58,579 nucleotides of DNA from Patescibacteria group bacterium (lineage in GTDB: Bacteria > Patescibacteriota > Patescibacteriia > 2-12-FULL-57-11), in NCBI GenBank assembly GCA_004299275.1, contig SCSU01000061.1, positions 1-58,579 on the forward strand, given 5' to 3'. Below, in pieces: positions 5,995 through 13,967 of the stretch. Position numbers and translations under genes: made by a program. Position 1 is the stretch's first letter, and each line of letters begins with the position of its first letter. Under the pieces are notes generated by a model. The model was not told the origin of the DNA, did no database searches, and saw only the letters and a list, made by a program, of their open reading frames with translations.

Positions 5995-8892
5995 CTAAAC
6001 CTTCTCCAGTCCAATCCAAGCTGTCTCGCCTTGGATTTGCACCTCCGTCGTGTACGGCAGATCGGCGCGGCCGGTCGTTACAGTTTTGGCGCGGACGGCT
6101 TGGCCAAGTTCGGTCTCGACTTTTTTAAATTCGGCGGCAGGCTCGCCAGAAGTTTCGTAAGAGAGATGGATGAAGTCGCTCACGGTGAGTCCGGCACTTT
6201 TTCGGAGCGCCTGGATATGGCGAATCAGCTCGCGCAGAGCGCCGGCGCGTTTGAGTTCCGGCGTTAAAGCCGTATCGAGCGTCACGGAGATTTCCCCGCT
6301 CTTTTTTTGTTCAACGGCGAGAACATTCAGTTCATCGCGGATAATCTCGGCAATTTCATCCGTAAAGGGCGCGCCGGTGAGCACGGCTTTCGCGAGCGGC
6401 TGGCGAGTTGGCATTTTGGCCGCCGACCGCTGTTCCAAGCCGAGCGAGACCACCACCCGCGCTCGCGCCATTTCTTCCAAGAGCTTTTTATCCGACATCT
6501 TTTTTTCAAGTTTGGGCCAATTTTCGAGATGCACTGACTCCATGGAACCTTGGAGTTCGCGGTAAAGCGCCTCGGCGGTAAAGGGCGCGAATGGCGCCAG
6601 CAGTTTGGAAAATTGAAGCAGTGCAAAATGGAGCGTGGCGCTGGCTTGTTTCCCCCCCGCGCCCTTGAACCGCTCGCGGCTGCGGCGGACATACCAAGTG
6701 GAAAGGTCAGTCACAAAGTCAGCGAGCGCTCGCGCCGGCTCGGTGACGCGATATGCTTCGAGGTCGGCTGTGACTTTTTCCGCGAGTTCTGAGAGACGCG
6801 CGAGAATCCAGCGGTCGAGAATGTGACGCGAGGGGATAGTGGATAGTGGATAGTGGATAGAACTGTAAGTTTTGTAGAAGGCGAGCACGTTCCAGAGAAT
6901 CAGGAAAAATTTGCGCTGGAGTTCGGCCAAGTCCTTTTCGTCAAAACGTTTGGCGTCGCCGGGCTGGTTGACCGAGTACATATAGAGCCGCAGGCAGTCG
7001 GCGCCGTATTTCTCAATCATCTGCCAGGGGTCAACCACATTACCTTTGGATTTGGACATTTTTTGCCCCTTGGCATCGAGGAGGTGTCCAAGCGAAATCA
7101 CATTTTTGTAGGGCGCGTCTTTGCCGAGGAGCGCGGCAACGGCGAGCAGGGTATAAAACCAGCCGCGGGTTTGGTCAATCGCCTCGCTGATGTAGTCGGC
7201 GGGAAAAGCTTCGCCGCCATCCACCCGTTTTTTGTTTTCAAACGGATAGTGCCACTCCGCAAAAGGCATGGCGCCGGAATCAAACCAGACGTCAGCGACC
7301 TCTTTGACCCGGCTCATCCAGGCGCCGCATTTTTGGCAGTGGATTTTTAGGGCGTCCACAAAAGGCCGATGGAGGTCAACCGCGCCGCTGTTTTTTGGCA
7401 ACTCGCCGGTCAGTTTTTCCAGTTCTTCAAGCGAGCCGACGCAGAGGCGGTGCTCGCATTTCTCGCATTCCCAAATCGGGAGCGGCGTGCCCCAGTAGCG
7501 CTCGCGGGAAAAAGCCCAGTCCTTGACCGAACGGAGCCACTCGCCAAAGCGGCCTTCCTTTATATATTCCGGCACCCAGTTGATTTGAGCATTGGCGCGA
7601 AGCAGTTTTTCCTGCAGCGCGGTCATCCTAATCCACCACGATTCCTTAGCGTAGTAGAGGAGCGGCGTCCCGCAGCGCCAGCAAAAGGGATAGTCGTGCG
7701 TGTAATCGTAGCTCGCATAGAGCGCGCCGTTTTTTTTCAGACTGGCGATGATTGCCGGATCGGCATCCTTGACGAACTCACCGGCCCAAGGCGTGATCTC
7801 AGGGAGAAACCGGCCATCAGGGTCAACAGTCATCAGCACCGGCAGGTTGTTTCCACGGCCGACGTTGAGGTCATCTTCGCCAAAAGCCGGCGCGATATGG
7901 ACAATGCCCGTGCCTTCTTCGACCGAGACAAAGCTTCCGGCAATCAGCCGGTAAGCGGGCCGGTCGGGTTTAACAAAGGTAAAAAGCGGTTCGTAGCTGA
8001 GGCCAGCGAGCTCGCGGCCCATAACCGAGAAAAGGGTTTTTGAATCGGGGGGGAGGACTTTCTCGGCCAGCGCTTCGGCGACAATCAAAGTTTCTTCGCC
8101 GTTTTTTGCCAGCCGGTAGGTGATGTTCGGCCCGACAGCCAGCGCGACATTGGCCGGGAGTGTCCAAGGGGTCGTGGTCCAAACCAGAAAAAAAGTTTGG
8201 TCGTCGGTCACAATTTCTTTCCCTGACCCTGATTTGATTTTTTGCCCGGCCGCGGCGCGCAGTTTAACGATGACCGACGGCTCGGTGACTTCTTTATAAC
8301 CTAGCGCCACCTCGTGGGAGGAGAGCGCGGTGCCGCAACGGGGGCAATAGGGGACAATTTTGTAGTCTTTGTAGAGCAGTCCTTGGTCCCAGACTTGTTT
8401 GATAATCCACCAAAGCGATTCAATGTAAGGCGTCTCGTAGGTGATGTAGGGGTGCTCCAAGTCCAGCCAAAAACCGATGCGCCTGGTTATTTTGTTCCAA
8501 TCTTCAAGATAAGACCAAACGCTTTTTTTGCATTCGGCGTTGAAAAAGGCGATGGACTCGGCTGGGGTCGCTTTGAGCGATTCAATTTGTTTTTTCCCCG
8601 AGATGCCCAGAGCTTTTTCCACGCCGAGCTCGACCGGCAGGCCGTGGGTGTCCCAGCCGGCTTTGCGTTCCACGCGCCAGCCGGCCATGGTCTTGTAGCG
8701 CGGGAAGAGGTCTTTGAAGGCGCGGGCCTCAACGTGGTGGATGCCCGGCCGTCCGTTCGCGGTCGGCGGGCCCTCAAAAAACACAAAATTGCCGCGGGGA
8801 GATTTTTTTTCCAGCGTTTTTCCAAAAATTTTTTTCTCTTCCCAGAAACGAAGGATTTGTTCTTCCAATTCGGGAAAATTAGGGGCGGGCAT
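5995..8892 (-). CDS. ileS: Isoleucine--tRNA ligase (type 2-like)
   Basis: EGPPTANGRPGIHH, GWDTHGLPVE, WTTTPWTLP, GTGIVH, SRERYWGTP, DQTRGWFY, KMSKS. Confidence 0.97.
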   Translation of the reverse strand: MPAPNFPELEEQILRFWEEKKIFGKTLEKKSPRGNFVFFEGPPTANGRPGIHHVEARAFKDLFPRYKTMAGWRVERKAGWDTHGLPVELGVEKALGISGKKQIESLKATPAESIAFFNAECKKSVWSYLEDWNKITRRIGFWLDLEHPYITYETPYIESLWWIIKQVWDQGLLYKDYKIVPYCPRCGTALSSHEVALGYKEVTEPSVIVKLRAAAGQKIKSGSGKEIVTDDQTFFLVWTTTPWTLPANVALAVGPNITYRLAKNGEETLIVAEALAEKVLPPDSKTLFSVMGRELAGLSYEPLFTFVKPDRPAYRLIAGSFVSVEEGTGIVHIAPAFGEDDLNVGRGNNLPVLMTVDPDGRFLPEITPWAGEFVKDADPAIIASLKKNGALYASYDYTHDYPFCWRCGTPLLYYAKESWWIRMTALQEKLLRANAQINWVPEYIKEGRFGEWLRSVKDWAFSRERYWGTPLPIWECEKCEHRLCVGSLEELEKLTGELPKNSGAVDLHRPFVDALKIHCQKCGAWMSRVKEVADVWFDSGAMPFAEWHYPFENKKRVDGGEAFPADYISEAIDQTRGWFYTLLAVAALLGKDAPYKNVISLGHLLDAKGQKMSKSKGNVVDPWQMIEKYGADCLRLYMYSVNQPGDAKRFDEKDLAELQRKFFLILWNVLAFYKTYSSIHYPLSTIPSRHILDRWILARLSELAEKVTADLEAYRVTEPARALADFVTDLSTWYVRRSRERFKGAGGKQASATLHFALLQFSKLLAPFAPFTAEALYRELQGSMESVHLENWPKLEKKMSDKKLLEEMARARVVVSLGLEQRSAAKMPTRQPLAKAVLTGAPFTDEIAEIIRDELNVLAVEQKKSGEISVTLDTALTPELKRAGALRELIRHIQALRKSAGLTVSDFIHLSYETSGEPAAEFKKVETELGQAVRAKTVTTGRADLPYTTEVQIQGETAWIGLEKV
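6834..6861. repeat. Heptamer tandem array (GGATAGT)x4 in frame inside ileS
   Basis: Encodes SIHYPLSTIP just before LDRWIL. Confidence 0.9.
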
Positions 8893-8914
8893 ACCCGGCA
8901 GTAGAATTTGTTAG

Positions 8915-8958
8915 CACGGACCTTGAAGGTCCGTTTTCACAGACCTTCAAGGTCCGTG
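8915..8958. repeat. REPIN-like pair GACCTTGAAGGTC/GACCTTCAAGGTC; other copies at 13007-13048 and 49134-49179
   Basis: Three near-identical copies, each just upstream of a start codon (ileS, transketolase N, rsmA). Confidence 0.9.
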
Positions 8959-9073
8959 TCCAGCTTGGAAAAGTATACCAGTGAAGCGCTGGTTGGCAAT
9001 GTGCTTCCTGACGGGCCTGATTGTTTGACAGCCGCGTTTTTATCTGTTGAGCTGACGGCGAAGGCAGGAGGAA

Positions 9074-9499
9074 ATGGAGGATTATCAGCTGGAAAAACAG
9101 ATGGCGGTGGCGATTTACTCGTTTCTCTTCGCCGAGGCTCAAGCGCGCCTGCGCCGTCTTCAGGAAATCGTGAACGATTGGGGGATGAATCAACCGCCGC
9201 TCGAAAAAAATGGCGTGGAGCGCGTGCCGGCCGCGAGTCGGGTCCCGCGCGAGATCTGGGTCGAAATTAAACTCCTCGAACAGGAGTGGCAGGAGCTTGC
9301 GGCGGCAGCTCGGGCATTGACCGAACAGGACAGCCGTGAGTACTACCGGGTCGCCGACGCGCTGGCCAAACTCCGGGCGAGTTTGGAGGTATCAGACACG
9401 CTGGTTTGGGCAATTCGTTCAGCTATCGCCAATCGCGGCGTAATCGCCTCGCGTCTCGCCTTTTGGGAGAGAGAACTGCGCCGAGCACAGACGCCCTGA
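9074..9499 (+). CDS. Orphan hypothetical protein (helical)
   Basis: 141-aa ORF with strong SD (GGAGG) and a downstream hairpin plus T-run. Confidence 0.7.
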   Translation: MEDYQLEKQMAVAIYSFLFAEAQARLRRLQEIVNDWGMNQPPLEKNGVERVPAASRVPREIWVEIKLLEQEWQELAAAARALTEQDSREYYRVADALAKLRASLEVSDTLVWAIRSAIANRGVIASRLAFWERELRRAQTP

Positions 9500-9534
9500 A
9501 AAGCGTCTTTTTTTAATTTTGATATAATGTCTCC

Positions 9535-9987
9535 ATGAAAAGGACAATAGTTTATATCGGCGCGGATCACGCCGGCTTCCGGCTGAAGCAGCAGCTTTTG
9601 GCGTATTTGCGGCAGCTTAAGTTTAGAGTGGTGGACCTCGGAGCAAAAAAGCTTATTCCCGGCGATGATTATCCGGATTATGCCTTTGCCGTGGCGCGTG
9701 AGGTCGGCCGCGGCCGCGGCTCGGGGGTGCTTATCTGCGGCTCGGCGCAAGGGGTCTGCATCGCCGCCAACAAAGTGCGGCGGATTAGGGCTGTCGCCGC
9801 CGCCACCGTCCGCGACGTTAAACTTTCCCGCGAACACAATGACGCCAATGTTCTCTGTCTTTCCGGCTGGAGCACGCCGCTCCCCCGGGCGCGGCAGCTC
9901 TTGCGGGCTTTCCTCAACACGCCGTTCTCCGGCGCGCCGCGCCACATCCGCCGAATTAAAAAAATCAGTAAGCTGGAGGTAAGGTAA
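9535..9987 (+). CDS. rpiB: Ribose-5-phosphate isomerase B
   Basis: IGADHAGF, DDYPD, GVLICGSAQG, ANK, REHNDANVL. Confidence 0.95.
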   Translation: MKRTIVYIGADHAGFRLKQQLLAYLRQLKFRVVDLGAKKLIPGDDYPDYAFAVAREVGRGRGSGVLICGSAQGVCIAANKVRRIRAVAAATVRDVKLSREHNDANVLCLSGWSTPLPRARQLLRAFLNTPFSGAPRHIRRIKKISKLEVR

Positions 9988-9991
9988 TCTT

Positions 9992-10627
9992 GTGACAGAA
10001 ATTATCCCCGCCATTTTGGCTTATTCGGAAAAAGAGTTTGACGACAAGGTCAAACAAATTGGAGCGCGAGCGTCAACAATTCAGATTGATGTCATGGACG
10101 GATTGTTTGTGCCTAACCGCACTTGGGCCGATCCGGCGGCTGTCGCCAAGATGCGTCTCCCTTACACCATCGAAGCCCATCTAATGGTCGCTGATCCGCT
10201 TCCCGCGGCGCAGGCTTGGGTGGCGGCTGGGGCTCAGCGGATTTTTGTTCACGCCGAAGCCGAGGGCTGGCGAGCGGCGGTCCAGGCCGCGCGCGAAGAG
10301 GAGCGGGAGGGCGGCGTAGCCGTCAATCCAAACACGCCACTTTCGGCGATTGAAGAAGTCATCAACGAGCTGGACGCGGTGCTCGTCATGGGGGTTAACC
10401 CCGGCTGGAGCGGACAGCCCTTCGAACGCCTTGCCATCGCCCGCGTCGCCGAGTTACGATCGAGGTATCCTCGGCTCCGGATCGAGGTTGACGGCGGAGT
10501 CAACGAATCAAATGCCCGCGAGCTCGCCGCGGCCGGAGCTGACGGACTCGTCGCCGCTTCCGCCCTTTTTTCCGCCAAAAATTTCGAAGAATCATTTAAA
10601 GCCCTTAGCCGGGCCGCAAACTCATGA
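9992..10627 (+). CDS. rpe: Ribulose-phosphate 3-epimerase
   Basis: IDVMDGLFVPN, EAHLMV, VHAE, VMGVNPGWSGQ, IEVDGGV. Confidence 0.93.
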   Translation: MTEIIPAILAYSEKEFDDKVKQIGARASTIQIDVMDGLFVPNRTWADPAAVAKMRLPYTIEAHLMVADPLPAAQAWVAAGAQRIFVHAEAEGWRAAVQAAREEEREGGVAVNPNTPLSAIEEVINELDAVLVMGVNPGWSGQPFERLAIARVAELRSRYPRLRIEVDGGVNESNARELAAAGADGLVAASALFSAKNFEESFKALSRAANS

Positions 10628-11445
10628 AGCCAAAACATTTTTTTCTGACTGCCGTTGCGGCAATTTTTTTTGCCGCCGCTTTTAGTGCCCTGAGCGTTCA
10701 GGCCGCGACCATAACCGCGGGGAGCCTGATCAAGGGCACGAGCTTCTCTTCCGTTTATTATTATTCGTCAAACGGCAAGCGCTACGTCTTCCCTAACGAG
10801 AAAACTTACAAGACTTGGTATTCGGATTTCTCCGGCGTCGTCACCATTCCGGATACCCAGCTCTCGGTCATACCGATTGGCGGCAACGTGACCTATCGTC
10901 CGGGCGTGAAGATGGTAAAAATCACTACGGCTCCGCGAGTCTATACCGTGGCCAAGGGCGGCGTGCTCCGCTGGGTGACGCAGGAGTCAATCGCCTCGGC
11001 CTATTACGGCGCCGACTGGAATAAAAAAATTGACGACATTCCTGATGCTTTTTTCACCAACTATACCGAAGGCGCGATGATTTCCGCTTCCGCCGACTAC
11101 AACCCCATCACCGAGACCACCGTCGCCACCACGATTGATGTTGACAAAGGAATAAGTCAGCCGACGGTTCAACCAAAAACCGTGGACGTAACCTACACCC
11201 TGACTGGTTTCAATCCTCAAGCAGTCACAATCAACAAAGGCGATACAATCCGCTGGACCAACAACACCACCGGCGCACTAGAGCTCCGCTCCAATCCTCA
11301 TCCGGCGCATACTGACAATCCGGCATTCTCCGGTAATGCGGTTTCCGGCGGCCAATATTCGCAAACCTTCAGCCTAGCTGTCAGTTTTGGTTATCATAAT
11401 CACGTCTCGCCGGGCAATACCGGAACAATCACCGTCAATCCTTAA
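10624..11445 (+). CDS. Secreted protein with CPR-type repeat domain and C-terminal cupredoxin-like domain
   Basis: Signal peptide ending VQA; GSLIKG..SVYY..GKRYVFPNEKTY..WY domain; FNPQAVTINKGDTIRWTN...HPAH...YHNH...GTITV. Confidence 0.75.
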   Translation: MKPKHFFLTAVAAIFFAAAFSALSVQAATITAGSLIKGTSFSSVYYYSSNGKRYVFPNEKTYKTWYSDFSGVVTIPDTQLSVIPIGGNVTYRPGVKMVKITTAPRVYTVAKGGVLRWVTQESIASAYYGADWNKKIDDIPDAFFTNYTEGAMISASADYNPITETTVATTIDVDKGISQPTVQPKTVDVTYTLTGFNPQAVTINKGDTIRWTNNTTGALELRSNPHPAHTDNPAFSGNAVSGGQYSQTFSLAVSFGYHNHVSPGNTGTITVNP

Positions 11446-11475
11446 GGGCTAAGTACTAACCTTTAATTCAATTAT

Positions 11476-11691
11476 ATGCGCAACGAAAACTACAACTTAC
11501 TCAAGCTCCTGCATAATTCTTTAGATGACCAGTGGCGTTTGGAGAAGCACTATTTAAAGGACGCCAAAAAATGCGGCTGTAAAAGCTGCTCGATGCTTCT
11601 TGGTAAGCTGCGTAACCAGCTCACCGTCAATATTGCCGCCCTGCAAAAGGAACTGGCGATGCACATGGGGAAGAAGGGCAAATTGTCCTAG
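11476..11691 (+). CDS. Small conserved-type hypothetical protein (CxCxxC, helical)
   Basis: 71-aa ORF NENYNLLK..W...HY.KDA..CGCKSC. Confidence 0.65.
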   Translation: MRNENYNLLKLLHNSLDDQWRLEKHYLKDAKKCGCKSCSMLLGKLRNQLTVNIAALQKELAMHMGKKGKLS

Positions 11692-11719
11692 GCGGGATTC
11701 CAAGACCCGATCTCCATTG

Positions 11720-12961
11720 CGCATTAGATAAAAATAAAGTGTTACCGTAGTCGTGTTGGTATTTTGAAAAGTTTTTTAAGAATCGAGTCGCATTTTTGTT
11801 TGAGTACAATCGGGTTCAGTGTAGCATATTTCTGACGCAATCTTTCTTTTGTTTCAGGGTCAATATCCGGATGAGCCAGTACCCGCTGATATACTGTCTG
11901 CGCCGTATCGTACTTGCGCACTTTTCTGGAAAGAATCCGTACTTTCTCAATGCACTTCAAAGACGGAATGAAAAAGTTAATGTAATCTTCCAAAACATCA
12001 TAAAGTTCGTTTAAAATTGCGGCGTGTCGCAGATCGTTAAATCTAGTGTAACCCACGATATGTCTCACATTGGCGTAGTTCTTCTGTTCGATCCTCGCAT
12101 GGTCGTTTTTCATGTAAGGACGGGTGCGGGTCATCTTAATTTTCCGTTCATCGCACCACCCCTTAAGATGCCAATTGATGAATTCTCCTCCGGAATCCGG
12201 ATCAATGCCGCGTAACGGAAAGGGTAAACGTCTTTCAATTCGCTCAATACTGCGCACGGTTTCCATTTCTCCTTTGTTCCACTGCGCCGCCAGCATCGTC
12301 CAGATAGTTGCGACGTCCGTATACTGCACTGTATAGCAAAAATCGCCTGAAATCGTGTATCCGCAATGAGCCACAGTGTCCACCTCGCCCCACCCCGGAG
12401 GAGGATTCTCCCAAGGACCTCTTCGTACCGGAATGATTTCTTTAAGATTGGATGGTTTGGTTGCGCCTCGTCCGCCGCGACGTCTGATGTTCTCAAAATT
12501 AGCAATGCGGTTCTTAATGGTGCCGAGACTCGCCTGAAGCAAGAGACCGGTCGTTTCCTCAGCGTGCTTCCACATCCCGTCTCTCTTCAAAATTCTGATA
12601 TATTCTGGAATTGCCGGGTGCAGACGTTCGGCGCAGATGCGATTGGCGGCTGCCCATATCTCCTTAAGAGCCGCCGCAGTTCGGTGGTCATAGACCTTCT
12701 TCCTCCCGCGGCGTTCTTCGTAGGAGCTAGGGCGAAGATGAAACGTTCGGAACCTCCGGATGGCCGATTTTCGGAATACCTTCGTGATACTACAGACCGC
12801 GTCAAGGATTCGACCCTTTCCTGCTTTATCTGCGGTTAGATACTCCCGCAGTTTTTCCTTAAAAATCTCCTGTTTGGTAGCCATATTCATATACGGCTAC
12901 GGTAACAGGAATTATTATCTAACCGCTCCTGTCTCGGTAACAGTTATTTTTATCTAAAGCG
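11720..12961 (-). mobile_element. Insertion sequence (~1.24 kb) with imperfect terminal inverted repeats and candidate 5-bp target duplication CATTG
   Basis: Ends CGCATTAGATAAAAATAAAGTGTTACCG / CGGTAACAGTTATTTTTATCTAAAGCG; CATTG at 11715-11719 and 12962-12966; lower GC than flanks. Confidence 0.85.
11742..12890 (-). CDS. DDE (integrase core, rve-like) transposase
   Basis: EVDTVAHCG, DPDSGGEFIN, RPYMKNDHARIEQKN catalytic D-D-E pattern; N-terminal HTH-like region. Confidence 0.9.
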   Translation of the reverse strand: MNMATKQEIFKEKLREYLTADKAGKGRILDAVCSITKVFRKSAIRRFRTFHLRPSSYEERRGRKKVYDHRTAAALKEIWAAANRICAERLHPAIPEYIRILKRDGMWKHAEETTGLLLQASLGTIKNRIANFENIRRRGGRGATKPSNLKEIIPVRRGPWENPPPGWGEVDTVAHCGYTISGDFCYTVQYTDVATIWTMLAAQWNKGEMETVRSIERIERRLPFPLRGIDPDSGGEFINWHLKGWCDERKIKMTRTRPYMKNDHARIEQKNYANVRHIVGYTRFNDLRHAAILNELYDVLEDYINFFIPSLKCIEKVRILSRKVRKYDTAQTVYQRVLAHPDIDPETKERLRQKYATLNPIVLKQKCDSILKKLFKIPTRLR

Positions 12962-13073
12962 CATTGGAGATCGGGTCTTGTTATTTGTGGTATGATAAAG
13001 ATAAGAACAGACCTTGAAGGTCTGTAAAAACGGACCTTCAAGGTCTGTGCTCGCGATCTATTACCTACCGAGT

Positions 13074-13961
13074 ATGCCCCAAGTTACGCGCCAGCCGGAA
13101 CATCTCCACGACAAAAAATTGAAACAGCTCGAGGAGCGGGCGATGAAAATCCGCGAGGATATTATTGCCATGCTGACCGAAGCCGGGAGTGGCCATTCTG
13201 CCGGACCGCTGGGTATGGCCGATATTTTTACCGCGCTCTACTTCCACGTTCTTGTCCACGACCCGAAAAAACCGGACTGGCCCGAGCGCGACATCTTGCT
13301 CCTCTCAAACGGCCACATTTGTCCGGTGCGCTACGTAGCCATGGCTCATGCCGGTTACATCCCGAAGCGCGAGCTGATGACTCTGCGCAAATTCGGCTCG
13401 CGTCTCCAGGGGCATCCCGAGCGCGTTCGCTGGCCGGCACTTGAATCCACCTCCGGCCCCTTGGGTTCCGGGCTCCCCATTGGCGCCGGCATGGCCTACG
13501 CCTATAAGTATTTGGATAATAAACCCAACCGTGTTTTTGTGATTTCAAGCGACGGCGAGCTTGAGGCCGGGGTCAACTGGGAGGCGGCGCTTTTCGCGGC
13601 GCGCAACCGTCTGCATAATCTGACTTGGATTATTGACCGCAACAACATCCAGATTGACGGCTATACCGAGGACATCATGCCGCTCGAATCGCTCACGGAA
13701 AAATTTATGGCTTTCAATTTTCATGTATTGGAGATTGACGGACACAACATCCGCGAGTTCGTGGACGCGGTGGAGGAGGCCCGCGCGGTCTGGGAAAAGC
13801 CGACAGTGATTATCGCCCACACCATCCCCGGCCGGGGCGTGGATTTTATGGAGTTCGAGCCCTATTGGCACGGCGTGCCGCCCAAGCGCGGCGAGGAGGC
13901 GGAAAAGTCGCTGGCCGCGCTCCGGACGCTCGGGGGACGGATTGTGAGTGAGCATGAGTGA
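13074..13961 (+). CDS. Transketolase, N-terminal (TPP-binding) subunit
   Basis: GSGHSAG, RDILLLSNGH, LQGHP, SGPLGSG, SDGELEAG..WEA, DGH, WHG; start taken at MPQVT. Confidence 0.93.
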   Translation: MPQVTRQPEHLHDKKLKQLEERAMKIREDIIAMLTEAGSGHSAGPLGMADIFTALYFHVLVHDPKKPDWPERDILLLSNGHICPVRYVAMAHAGYIPKRELMTLRKFGSRLQGHPERVRWPALESTSGPLGSGLPIGAGMAYAYKYLDNKPNRVFVISSDGELEAGVNWEAALFAARNRLHNLTWIIDRNNIQIDGYTEDIMPLESLTEKFMAFNFHVLEIDGHNIREFVDAVEEARAVWEKPTVIIAHTIPGRGVDFMEFEPYWHGVPPKRGEEAEKSLAALRTLGGRIVSEHE

Positions 13962-13967
13962 AGACGT

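Noticed and set aside
13014..13073. ORF-track N-terminal extensions of transketolase, ruvA (3535-3639) and the dehydrogenase (18730-18765)
   Set aside because: They translate repeat or intergenic sequence; homology begins at the downstream ATG.
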